A stretch of DNA of 64,000 bases from Raillietiella orientalis (Eukaryota), in the NCBI GenBank assembly GCA_036172245.1, contig JAYWIR010000003.1, positions 6,696,001 through 6,760,000 on the forward strand, in the 5' to 3' direction. This document shows positions 38,301 to 50,947 of the stretch, piece after piece. Both the position numbers and the translations under genes were made by a program. How positions within the stretch are numbered: position 1 is the first letter of the stretch; every line of letters starts with the position of its first letter. Below the pieces are notes generated by a model, which saw only the letters and a list, made by a program, of their open reading frames with translations, was not told where the DNA came from and searched no databases.

Positions 38301-40893
38301 AATGATGCTTACAACCATCTAAAACAGCTGTGTTGGAACAAAATCCATTTTAGAGCACATTCTACTTTTTGCCTCCACTTTATAAAATTAGAATTGGCTG
38401 AAAATGAAAACAGAAAACCGTTTTTTCTGATTACTAGGCTGCATAGTTCATAGCTATCTTACAGCTCTCACCAATCACAGGTTGAAAACAAAAAAAAGAA
38501 AAAAGCATTTTCTTGCCCTTACAAGGTTTCTGAACACAGGCTGTCTTGCATTTGAAATCATGCCGTAATCAAATAGTTAATGTACCAGGAACAGCAACAC
38601 CTTCATATGCAAAACACCTACACACACACCTGCACATTGGCAGTGAAGGACATTTGCATTATAAAACTAAAATGCTAAGTTTCAATATATCTAACCTTAC
38701 AGTTCATGAAAATATGGAGTATTTTCACAAGAACCTTTACTAAATAAATATGCTGATACTGAGCTCCCTCAGAGAGTGCAAATTACTATTTTCCCATGAA
38801 GTAACATGCGAATTTTCTTTTCTAGTTTTTTTTAAAATTTGCAAATAAAATATAGAAATTTAATTTTTCTTTTTTCTTGAAGCAATCAATTGATGGATAC
38901 TTTCTGTAAATTTTGTAGAAAATTTAAATTGAGTATTCCTTTACTACTGAAGTATTATGTAGTCCGTGATTTAGATTACAAATTCAAAAACAAATTCTTC
39001 AAACAGAAGACCATGAAACTTAAGGTATTAGAAAACTTAATAAAACTTATGGGAACAGTTTTGTCTTTAGAAGACCAATAAACTTTAGGTTGCAATCATT
39101 ACCCTGGAGACAAAATTCAACACTTAGGGATATTTTTACCTAGCACCTGACATCAATTTCATATTTGTAGTACCAAGGCAATTACAAACAGAAAGTTTTT
39201 TTCCCTACATAACCGCAAACTTAATTCTAGCAATTTGCAAAATCCTCCTAACTAAAAAACTTCCACATGTACATATACAAAGCCAATATACAAACAAACC
39301 ATGGAACAATTGAAACATTTGCCAACATAACATTCTATAAGTCTTTTACTTTAATTTCTTATAGATATTTCTGGGTAGACACACAAGCAGATTTAAGTAA
39401 GCAAGTTACAAAAAGCTCCAACAATCAAATATTTCAGTTGTATTTCCATAAACGTTCATGGAGCCTCAGCACAATTGACATCTATGATATAAAGCAACAC
39501 ATCATCAATAAAATTACGAACGTTTTAAGTTCGACTAGTAAAATTTTATATCAGATGGACGATGAGATAAAAGATAATAGTGCAAGAAAACTTATGTGGG
39601 CAGCAAAGAAATTTCTGCAGAGCTTTTTTGAAGTTAATACTATCTGTCATAAGATGATTACTTAATTTCACCAGGGTGACAGAGATTACTTAAAATGTTA
39701 CTGAATGAACATAATGTTTTGATGTTTTGCATGCACAAAAATATTGCTAGTCATACAATGGTCATTTTTCAAGGCACATTTTAGTTTTAATGAAAACCTC
39801 ATATAGAATTGTTCAGCCACCTACATCTCATTTGAGAAAACTGATTTCTCTAGTCTTTAAACATCTTGAATGCATACCAATTACATTCGGTGTTCTGAAA
39901 TCAAAAATTAACAACAACTTTAAAATGCTGATCACAAATTCTCACAATTTACATATGAATCAATTTACATTTAGAATCAACTGGAGATAATGCGCCTTTA
40001 TCGAAAAATTACAGAATCACTAAATGCTTTCATTACAAATATTATAGCACTTTACACAAAGGGCTCGGAGAGAAGTCTGAATGTATTTCAAAACTTTTCT
40101 CACGAAACCACCAAACAGAATGCAAAAGTTTTCAAATACACACCTCTTTTAAGGAACAATCCTGAGAACGACTATACAATCCTGCCTTCATTCTCAGTGG
40201 ACTCATAATTTGTATGACACTTTTCATATTTTTTAATTCTGTGCAACTAATTTGAATTTTGCAATTATAGCTTTCACAACCTAAATTTTCATTTAACGAA
40301 CACAGAGTATTCAAATACACCAATTTTATTTCGGTGGCACTTAATAGGCATTCATCCATAATTTTCCTGAGTTGCTTGATAACCTTGGTTTTTATGTATT
40401 TCATTTCCAGTCCCTTATAAAAGTTTTTTGGCAGAAAATCTTTCAGTTCTACTGCATCGCCCACATCCTTGGTCATACGATCCGTAAATTTTGCGCGATT
40501 CTCCAGATTTTTCCTGTATATATCCATAACTACAATGCCCAATAACTTCTCTGAGTGAAGTTTATCAATCTTGAGATCACCTATTAGAAGTTCTTCTCTC
40601 AATTGTTGAAAGCAATATTCAAACAAGTTATTGTCAAAAATCATCAAGCTTCTGAAGTCGAGTGGAAAATACCTTATTTTAAGCATGGCATCGCCAGTTC
40701 CCATCGATTTCATTTCGTGAATCCAAGTTTTCGTATCCGATCTCCAGAACCCCAAACACATCGCACTGATTGGTTTTATTTTCAGCGTCCTGCAGCATTT
40801 CCTAATAAGACTGCTGATATTATCATCATCGCCATAAAACAAATTCACATTCTCAAATGGTGCAACCGTATGCACCACCAACGGATTCGACAT
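35391..40893 (-). CDS. JAK: Janus kinase (hopscotch-like): FERM, SH2-like, pseudokinase and kinase domains; multi-exon, with a ~2.17-kb intron at 37978-40143. The start could instead be the ATG at 40923. Not all internal junctions were resolved.
   Basis: FERM segments KIRYFP...FEYCFQQLRE and CTIEDL. CHGPFG followed by SH2-like GSYLLRES. Pseudokinase IHGKIRARN and ADIFAFGTTLWEIFS. Kinase GQGHYGEV, HRDLAARN, KISDFGL, DYY activation loop, PVRW|YAPE and SDVWSYG. Confidence 0.92.
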
Positions 40894-43800
40894 ATTGCAA
40901 CCAAAGCGACTCCTGGAGCACATGGCTCACGGTTGCTACACGATTTTTTTAATTTCAGGAGAAATTCGTTTCAAATCTCAAGCATTCCCATTTGTTTTGG
41001 TCAGCGTATTGAATTTTTATGCAAAATCTACCTCAATGAATGTTCTGAAATCGTGGAAGCTTTTATTTCAAAGCATTTTCTATCAAGATGAATACGTTTA
41101 ATTTTAAAATCAGATGCTCTGTGTTGCACAGTTTTTAAGTTTTTTCAAGTTCCGCATTTAAGGAACGCTCTTTGATACACACGTCGATGCTTCGATATGA
41201 GTAAACTAGCAGAATTCTGATGAACAGTGCCATGCTGACATTTAAATGAGCAATTTTGGGTTTTATTTTCCTCAATTCATGATGGAAAAAAAAGGTTAAT
41301 TTAAAACACAATTCTACGAAGAGATAGACGACTGTCAAGTTAACTATCAACGTTAATGATATTCTTTTTCCAGATGCTCTGTGATGTTTCATAGCTATCC
41401 ATGGAAATCTTTCAGATGGCACTGATTTAGTTACCAATAGTATAGTCGTATGAAATCTATTCCATAACACTCCAAGAATTTGCAAGTTAATCTGTTAAGC
41501 ATTAGTAAATGTCTGCGGTATAATGAGTTTCATCCAAGAGAGTTTACTAAATGTGCCACAGCCAATAAATTATTGGGCAATTATATAATGGATCTCGTAC
41601 CATCATCCTTCATAAATATATATATAAATAATAGAGATTATTGTATAAGTTCAAAATCCTACATTACTGGCTTAGAAATGATCGCTATCTATCATTAGCA
41701 TTAATACAAACAAAAGAAAAAGAAATCACGAGTACCTAACTACTGTCAAATATCTTCAATGAGATATTGGAACTTTTGCATTTTTTATATCAGCAAAGGT
41801 GTCTCTACCCCCTTTTTACTGAGGTATATGGAATCTGCCTGTTCTGTACTCCTTCCTAACCTGAAGAATAGCAAAGCGTGAAAAGAAAGACCCCGCAATG
41901 AGATTTGGTGAATTTTTCACCTTTTTGTATGAAAAACTGCCTTTAAAAAACTGTTCCAGGGGTTCTTCCAGTTTTTTTTTTTTTTTCCCCTAGAGAAAAA
42001 TGATTGGACTTTCAAAGGAGTTTCATTATTGGCAATGGATACTAAAGCAGAATAACAGATGTCATCTTTTGAATCTTTCAGCCATATCGAAATACTTGCA
42101 AAAATGGATTTTGCACTCCAGATTTACATTTTGTACTCCAGAACTGTCTAACACGAGGAAAACATGTGTACTCTACGGTGACATAAGGGAACTCGATACA
42201 ACCATTGTAGGGTTTTCCATTCTGCAGGCAATCTCTAGACAAACTGGACAGTGGCAGTTGTTATGGTTGAAAATGGAATAATTGTGTACGTAGATTAGAC
42301 CTCCATCTGCTGCCTTCACGGACTGGAAGCTTTGCTCAACCATACAGCCCATCAAGAATCCACAGAAAGTTTATTTTTCGGAATACTCAGGCTGACAATG
42401 TCTCTGAAGATCCGCAGTCTATACTAAAGCAGACTGTAAAGATTTGCACGAGCATGTCAAGTCTTTTCGAGATGGAATGAAGAAAGGGATAAGTTCTCCA
42501 GTATGTTTGACCCATTCCCATCCTCTAACTACACAGCATTCCTTGTGAATATGACACCATACGCATTATGATATGAAGTATATTATTTGGAATGCACTGA
42601 AATGTAATTGATCCCATTAATAACCCCATGGAGTCATATCAGACTAAGGCACTGTATGCAGAATCAGCTGCGTATGAAGACTGCCTCGCGATACATATTT
42701 TTGTATTGCGAGGCGGTCTTACAGTTCCGTTGCAATACATTTGTAAATACTGTTGCAACTGATTCACTAACGGAAATTGAATTGATATGTACTTCCTTAA
42801 TTTGGAAGCGCAATACATTTTTAGTGAATTTTATTGTCCAGTTGATGCAATGCAACGGAAATTATTACATAGTCTTTGGCACAGGTATTTTTAAGGAAGA
42901 ATGTATATGGTCTATCGTACAACGAGCAGGGCAGTGAAAGGTATTTGTTGTTGACGAGTTCAACATTTGGATATGATCTAGACAGTAAACTAAAAATTAA
43001 AACCACTTGCTTTTGTCAAGAAATCATAAGAGCTATGCGGTTGTGGCTGTGAATGACGTAGTGGGACACCTTGAGGTAAGGGATTTGAGCTCACATATCC
43101 AATTTGGATTTCCTCAGTGTTTATTTTACCCTGCAGTGTTATTCTGAGAACAATTTATTTTAGGCATTGTACTTTGCACCGAAATACTGTTCTCTCGAAG
43201 CACTGCCACTGCATCCTAGGAGGGCGGGGATCAGCGGGGCAGCAGTGCCGACACCCCGCAGTGTTCTGCCCGAGACACATGGAACAATGTCCTGACTCAA
43301 GTGAATGCGGCGTTGCAGAAGTGCACACTGGAAACAGAAGCCCAAGTGAACATTCTGTTCGCTGCAGCGGTCACAGCGGTGGCTTTCCCTGAGATATCTT
43401 CCCGAATCTCCACTCGAGTCGAGACTTTTCATGAAAGTGCTCCAAACTCAAGAAGGAAAGTATTTTACAAATCACACGGACATTGATGTGTGTGTGTCTG
43501 TGAAAAAGAAAAATCAGACTGGGAGAACCACTCTTGATCTCAGAATTCAGATAAGGAAGAATCGGTGTGTTTTCAGTTCTGCCAAACACAAAAGAAACGA
43601 GCAGTCGAAAGTCCCCCAGACAGAGACGCCGAACGCGTGCGAATTCCCCGTTTTCCGCTATCTTTGTGCGTTTTAGAAGTACAATGACTCAGGCGTCTGG
43701 GACCGCCTTTTGCTAGTTACGTGGACCAGCTGTAAACGATGTCGCAACACCTCTCTTTGGTGTTTCTTTCTTCTCCGAGTTCAAAATGGTGAACGACTTT

Positions 43801-46383
43801 CTTCAGATTTGAAAACGAGTGTTTCTGGCTTAGTGTTTCTTTTTCCTCGGCTTTCCTCTACCCCACACACCATCTGGAGCACGATTGTTTTGCTTCTTCG
43901 GAGGTTGCTGCATCTCGTGCTTTCCGTTGGTTCAAGGTCCTCGAAAAGACGGCCGTGTCAAGAGAGCACGGTCGAGGAGACAACGTGCGGAGGGAGCGTT
44001 CCTCCGCCAGCCTCATGCTGCGAGATGAGCTCCTCGACGAGCTCTTTTGCACCGATTTCTGCACGAATCCGACCGTGTTCGGGGGGTAACCCTGGAGCCC
44101 ATTAGCGCGCGCGCGCTTCGAGCATTTCGGCATCCGGTTCTCCGAGCGCGCTGGAGCCAGGAGCGCGCGCGCGGTGCAGTAGGGATCAGAAACGTGGGGC
44201 GGATGCGAGGTGAACGTCTGCGTGGGTGGGAGGGCAAGCGCCCTACGACGACTGGTGGTTTCGAAGGATGAATGCATTCTTCCACCCGGACACCCGCCGC
44301 TCGCGAACCCCCCTCCCCCCCCGCACAAAACGCGGCAACGGGGATGAGTCGTATGACGCGCCATGCTCCGCGCGCACCTTCGCGCGCGTTTCCATGGTGA
44401 TCACGATGCCTCCTCCGACGTGAGGAAAAGATGATTTCACAGTGTTTCGCGTCCGGTATACATTATATGTTTAAGAGCACCATTTGTAGGATTTTTAAGC
44501 TTATTCCTACAATCTTCTTCGCTTCCTGTTGCTGGACTGGCTAACCCTTTACGAAAATTCATCAACCAGAATTTTCTCGTCTTCAGTTAATGTGAAATGT
44601 AGGTTAACTGAAGCTGAATCTTTTGGGCTAGTGGGATAATAGGCATTTGGACTAATAGGGTAACAGTGATCGATCTGTCGTTGGTTGGGGATAAGGCGAA
44701 CACGGGGTGCGGCGGGAGAGGCGATCGGAACCGACCGGAGCACGCGTTCTGGAAGGCGAAAGGGGTAGGATGCCATCGGGATAGGGCCGAAGTCAAATCG
44801 GAGCAGGTTCGGCGTAAGGCCCGCGTAGGGGACGGCCGTCGGCTGCGCGTTGGTCGTCACGAAGTTGCCGACCTCCCCCGGAAATCGCAAAAGGGAGGCG
44901 GGCGCGCACGAGAGCACCGTAACCGCGTGCGCATGCGCACGCCGGAGGAAGAAGCTCCTCGTTCCCCAGCGGAGCCCTCTGCGAGAAGGCCGACCCCAGC
45001 TCCGGGAGGAATGCTCGTCGGGGTGGGGGTGGGCGGCGGCAGCTCGAGCCAGTAGTGCCGCGCGGCGGAAACACCCGCAGAAACGCCTGCGGGTGCGCTC
45101 GCTCGCGTCTCGCCCGCCGCGCGAGCGGCTTTCTGGCGCGAGTTCGGTGCAGGGCGCGGCTGGAGGAGGCGCCCCCTCCCCCCTTCGCCCGCTGGCGTTT
45201 CTTTCTTCCTTCCTTTCTTTTTCCTCCTCCCCCTCCGCCTTCCGTCCTCGTCAGCCCGAACCCGACAAGGCGGCCCCCTTGGGCATTTCCTTCTTGTTTC
45301 ATTCCTCCGGCGGGGTCAGGCGACCCGCGCGAGTCCCCGGTGAAAGTGGAAGGTTCGACGTGTCCGGTCATCCTGCCGGCGGGGTCACGGCGAGGGGGTA
45401 GAGAGCGGAGGTCCCTCCTCCGCATCGGAGGATGTGCCTCCTGGCGACAGGTCGTCCCTGGGAGCCGAGCCAGGCCAGCGGGGGCATGCAACCTGATCGC
45501 ACAGTCGGGTCGGTTCGCCCCCTCCGTTGTTCCCCGACGAGCCGACGGCGTTTTCTCTTTCCTTCCCGTGCAAGTGACCCACCCCCTCGCCCTCGTGACG
45601 GCGGGTGCGCGACCACTCTCACTCTCTCTCTTCTTTTTCCCTTCCTGAGGTCGAGGTCGCCGGTGACGCCCCCTCGCCACCGGCCTTGCGTTCCGCCCAG
45701 GGGGCATGACCTCGGCGTCTCAGGACGCTCTGGTCGCGGCGGGGGCCTTTCGGGAGGAGGGGGCGTGGGGGATGAAGGACGCACGTGCGGGGGAAGCGAA
45801 GGCCGCGGATGGGGCAAACGAAGGGTGGGGAGCGGGAGCGCGTGGCGGCAGACGAGGAGGGGGCCAAGGGGGGAGACGAAGGTCGCGTGGCTGGCAGTTG
45901 CCGCAGCAACCCGCCCGCCTGCCGCCCTCCCTCGCTAGTCCAGCACCCTCCTCCCTCTCCCCCTTGGAAAGGGGGCACCCGCCCTCCCCACGCCCTTCCG
46001 GGTGGCGCGTGGACGCTCCGTCCGAAGCGAACAGCCCAAGGAAGTGCTTCCTTCGTCAACGCCTCTGACGACCGGCGGCGGTGGCAGCACGAGCACGTAC
46101 CCGTCCGCGGGGCGGGTGAGCTGCCCACGGCCCCGCCCCTTCCCGCGCGCCCCGGAATGAAAAAACGTGCGGGAAGACCCGGCTGGACTGAGAAGGACAC
46201 ACGGTGTTTGCACAGGCACCGCCACAGGGGGCGGTGCCGGCGGCGGCTTGGCGTCCTCCTCGTTTTCTCCGCTCTCGCTCCCTCGGCGACGGCGGCGGCG
46301 GCGGCGGCTGGGTGTCCCTCCCCCCCCCCCCTCGGAGAAGGGGGGGGGGAATAGGGTCAGTCCGACCTTCTCCCGGCCCGCCA

Positions 46384-48031
46384 CTAGGACAGCATGCAGT
46401 AGCCGTCGGACACAGCGGCGGCATCCGGCCTGGCGGGGTCTGCTGCGGCGGTGCTGCAGGAAGAGAGAGAAATGGCGCGCGGCGAGGGGCATCCCACTCA
46501 CCGGTTGAGCCGCATGTGGCTGCGCACCAGCTCGCCCTCGGCCAGGGCCGCCATGAGGGACAGTTCGCCGGCCAGCACGGTGGCGCAGATGACGCTGGCG
46601 AGTAGGGCGGCGTTCTCGCCTGGGCACCCTTCGGACGGGCCGGAGGCTCCCAGCAACTGCAAGCAGGCGCGCTGCGACGGCAGGGAGGTGCCCCCGCCCA
46701 CCGTGCCAACCTCCAGGCAGGGCATCGTGCAGGACACGCGCAGGGAGCGGTCCTCCTGGGCGTCCATCTGGGTCAGGCAGAAGGAGCTGCACACGACCTG
46801 GGCCAGGTCCTGCCCCGTGGCGAGGAAGATGGCAGCGACGATGTTGGCGGCGTGGGCGTTGCAGCCGCCGACAGCGCCCGCCAGAGCGGAGCCCACCAGG
46901 TTCTTGGAGACGTTGAGCGAGGCCAGGCGCCCGGCGGTGGTGCGCAGCGTCCCCTCCAGGACGGACGCCGGGACGACCGCCTCGCACACCACCTCGCGGC
47001 CGCGCCCGTTGATCCAGTTGAGCGCCGTCGCCTTCTTGTCCGCGCAGAAGTTGGCGCTCAAGGACACCACCTCCAGGTCCTCGAACTCCTGCTCGAGGGC
47101 GTGCAGGGCGACCTCCACCCCCTTGGTGACCATGTTCATGCCCATGGCGTCCCCCGTGCTCGCGCGGAAGCGCAGGTAGAGGGTGCACCCTGCTGGGCGG
47201 CAGTCCACACCCGCCAGCCGTGCGAACCTGGACGTCGAGTCGAACGCCGCCTTCAACCTCTGGAAGTGGGCGGCCTCGCGTAGCCAGTGGCGGGCGGCGC
47301 TGGCGGCGCAGGCGTGAGCGAAGGCAGGCGCGCGGGCGGCGGTACTCACTCGGCACGAGCGGCGGAGGGCAGGCGCACGGCCGCGCCGCGCGTCATGCCG
47401 ACCTCCACGACGCGGGCGCTGACACCCCCGGACTGGCGCAGGGCGGCACATCCGCGGTTGGTGCTGGCCACCAGGCAGCCCTCGGTGGTGGCCAGGGGCA
47501 CGAAGAAGGGCTTGCCGTCGACCGGCAGGGGGCCCACAACGCCCACGGGGACGGTAGCGTAGCCCACGACGTTCTCGCAGCACACGCCGCTGACCTTCTC
47601 GTACTCGTAGTGGTGGAAGGGCAGATCACCCAGAGCGCCCTCCTTCCCGGAAAGGGCCTCCACGGCTGCGCGCCGCACGCGCACCGCCCGACCGGCGTCG
47701 CCGAGGGCGCATTCCAGCTGGTGCATTCGCAGCCTCCTGGAAACAAGCAGCAGCTCGCGCAGCTCGTGGTCCGACAGGCACGAGAGAGAGGCGTGACCCT
47801 GGGGGCAAGAACGGGAGGGGAGCGATCGTGTCCCGCCCGACCTCTGCTTACTTTCAGGGGAGGAGCAGGAGATGGCTGCTGCTGCTGCTGCTGCTGCCCA
47901 CGAGCTGCAGAGCCGGCGCCACCGCCTTCGCCGGCCTCCCCGGCCGCAGGTGCTGCTAGCGGCGGCGGCGGCGGCGGCGAAGCGGGCGCCAAGCACGCGA
48001 ACTCCGGCGAGAAGCGGATGGCGTCCTCCAT
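46384..48031 (-). CDS. HMGCR: HMG-CoA reductase paralogue, catalytic domain only (~498 aa), C-terminal CaaX; exons 48031-47852, 47798-47350, 47299-46502, 46453-46384
   Basis: Motifs [51 protein letters not shown] and LVRSHM are intact. Intron positions match the second copy. The start Met at 48031 is inferred and less certain than the rest of the model. Confidence 0.9.
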
Positions 48032-50907
48032 GTCCTGGTGCGGGCGGGGTCAGAGTGAGATCACGGAGGAGGAGGAGGAGGGGGGGGGATGTCTCCGAGG
48101 GCACGCCAAGCGGTCGCGCGCTGCGCTCCTCCGCCCTCCCTCCCCCCACCCTCGCGACGGCGTGACGGGACGGTCCCGGGTCCCGCGGCACCAACTCACC
48201 GGCGGTCGCCCAGGCTCGGAGGGTCTCCCTTGTTGCTGCCGGCGAGGTCCGGCGAAAGTGCGGTCGGTGGGAGCGCGGCAGGTCACGTGCACTCCTGACG
48301 GCCGGGCTCGCGCCTCTTCTGTGCAGCCCGCCCCATCACCGCGGGAGGGTTTTTATGTTTCGGACGACCTCCGGGAGATTGGAAGGACGGGAACGCGCGC
48401 GTGGGGACCGTCTCTCCCGAAGCCCCTAATTGCTTGCCGGAAGGTCGGGTATCCGAGGAGCCCCGGACCGCATGCAAAGAGCCCTTCCCCCCGCCCCCTC
48501 CTCCTCTCCCTAACCCCTTCTCCGCGCGCGCATGCCGACGGGCAGGCGGCGGCGAAGCGCCTCCACCGCCACGCACCGCGGAACGCTCGCCAATTGCGCC
48601 ACCTCCCTGCCCCCCGCTCGCTCCGACCCACGAGGGCGTCCGCTCCCCGCCTCGCGCGCGCGAGGGCAACTCGGCCGCCCCGTAGTTGCCGGCCACCGAG
48701 CGCTCTCCGGTCCCGCGCGGGGCAGCTGACACCCAGAAGCGTGCCGTCGCCACGGAGCCCTCCTCCCGTAGCAGCAGGCGCGCGCGCTCGCGTGTCGGAT
48801 GAACGCACGACACCCCTCCCCTCCCCCCAGTGGGGTTGCTTCCGTCTGTGGTCCGATGGCGGCCAGGGCTCCACTGTCTCCACCGACAGTGGCAGGTCGG
48901 CTTCCGGGCGCGGCCCTAGGCTGCGGCAGATGGACACAAACAAAGGCGACCGAAGAGCTGCCCTCGCTCAACTGGGGAAGCGAAAATTAGGGCTTCCCCT
49001 GATGCAATGTCCCCTTCTCAGGAACGGCGAGCGACCCAGGTCGGACGGCTGTCTGGTTTTGCCCGGAGTTCCCGACAGGGCGTGTCGCAGCGGTCACTGT
49101 GCCGGTGTTTCCCGCGTGGCTGTCCACTACGGCTGCTGCCGTTTCGTGGCCTGCCCGACCGAGGCTCCGCGAGAGTGGGACACACTGAGGTTCCCCTGCA
49201 GCCGTCGACTTGTCGCGCATGCGTGGTGCTCGCCGGTCTGCTCCAAGCTGGCGCGGGAAGCTCCGGAAGGCAGAAGGGGAGGAAGAGGCGGTCGGGGGCG
49301 AAGCCCCGTTCGCAGTCCCCGAGACAAGGGCCCACCAGCTGGGACGATCCGCTCCGCGCCTTCGCTCCTAAGGATACGCCGAGCCAGAGGGGGGGAGGCC
49401 GTGGGGAGGGGAGGTGCCTGGGAGCCATCGTCTGGCGTCTCAGAAAGAGCTCCCTCCCGCAGTAAGGGTGCGTAGAACGCGCGCAGGACCGAACCCCGCT
49501 TGGGTCTGCACACCGGAAACGCGGAAGCAATCCTCCTCCCTCGTTTTTTTCCCTTCTTTCCTTCATTTCAAAGCTCTCGGAGGCAGCGAGCAGCATCCCG
49601 GATGCACTGCATCCTCCGTCTTGGGAAGCTACCGTGGTGCTGTCACCTTGCAGCGGTGACCTCTTGCCGCTGCTCTGGGGGAACGGCCTGGTCTCTGCTC
49701 GAGTCTAAGGAACCAGGCGCTTTTTCCTCCTCCTCCTCCTCCTCCTTTTTTCGTCTCCACCGGCTGCTGGAGCGGTGAGTCAGCTGGGAAATCCGTTGTG
49801 TCGAAGGGATGGTCGACGCCGCCCGCGGAGGCAGCATGCATCAAAAGAGTTCGGGGGGAAGGGAGAAAGCACAAAAGGGGATTTCGGAAAAAGTGCATCT
49901 CCTGAGCAGTCAACAAACTCGAGCTCGGAAGGTCAACGGCACAGGGTGAATCCAACCCATGCACATTTGACCCAAACGTCAAAAGATGCCTCAGTTACTC
50001 GTAACGGACGGCAACGGCGTGCGGTTCCACGCTCACCGTCGCTGTGCGCGATCGGTAAATCCTCTGCAGCGCGCGTGCGATCGGTTACCCACGGGGGTAG
50101 CGAGGGTGAGGACGCCTCTGGGCAGTTTTGCCGCTGCTCGAGCCTCGTGGACCTGGGTTCCGTCGGAATGAGCGTCGGGTCGGAAGGTGCCTTCCTGGAG
50201 GAGGGAGGGGGGGCGGGGGTTCTGGGCAAGAGCGACAGGAAAGCCTCTTCGGCGAGATGCGCCTCCGTATCTTCGGACAACAGGGCGAACGGTTTCGAGC
50301 GCACCTCAGTCGATAAGGCAGCTGCCCAGAGGCGTTGACAGCAGTGGTCGTGGACTTGGATCACTTATCCCGCGCCTTTTTTTCGCTCTTGGAAACGAGG
50401 GGGAGAGCAGGCGAGGGGATGTGCTACGCTTGGTCGTGCTCGAGCACGCCGTATAGTGGACGCGGGTGGCAGCACGTGGTTTTCTGGAGAGCTCCAGGCG
50501 CCGGAACACCTGCGTGATGACTCAAGGATTTCTCCAGCTCTCCAGGAATTCAGGGTTTCCCTTTCCTGGCTGATGACGATTTTTTCCACGAAGAGAAATT
50601 TTGTGGGCTACCCCACCGAATGTCATCAGAGATGGGTTCGCGTGCGCCGAACCCCCCCAATGGGCAGGATCGGTGTTCGGCTCACCCGATCTCTCTTATG
50701 GACGTGTATATTCCAAGGCAGAAAGAAGGAAGGCCGTCAAGAATCCAGAAATTTTCCGCAAATGATTTTTCCCAAGAGAATCGGCAGAGCGCGAGGGAGG
50801 GATGTGCAGCTATTCGACCCACTCAACGCAGCGATCCACTGGGGTGACGCGCAGGGTGGGATGTCTCATAACGCAGCTCGAGATCCTCCTTGTGATTTTT
50901 ATCTGCG

Positions 50908-50910
<3 letters not shown>

Positions 50911-50946
<36 letters not shown>
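50911..50946. repeat. (CA)18 microsatellite
   Basis: Directly visible. Confidence 0.9.

Positions 50947-50947
<1 letters not shown>

Noticed and set aside
44484..44512. 8-bp inverted repeat TTGTAGGA...TCCTACAA
   Set aside because: It is too short and has no associated element ends or RNA motif.
47346..47349. Apparent premature stop (RAE*) in the short HMGCR, suggesting a pseudogene
   Set aside because: The TGA lies inside the GTGAGT donor of a 50-nt intron shared in position with the full copy.
47220..49475. 751-aa plus-strand ORF
   Set aside because: It is an antisense shadow of the GC3-rich HMGCR copy and its GC-rich upstream DNA.
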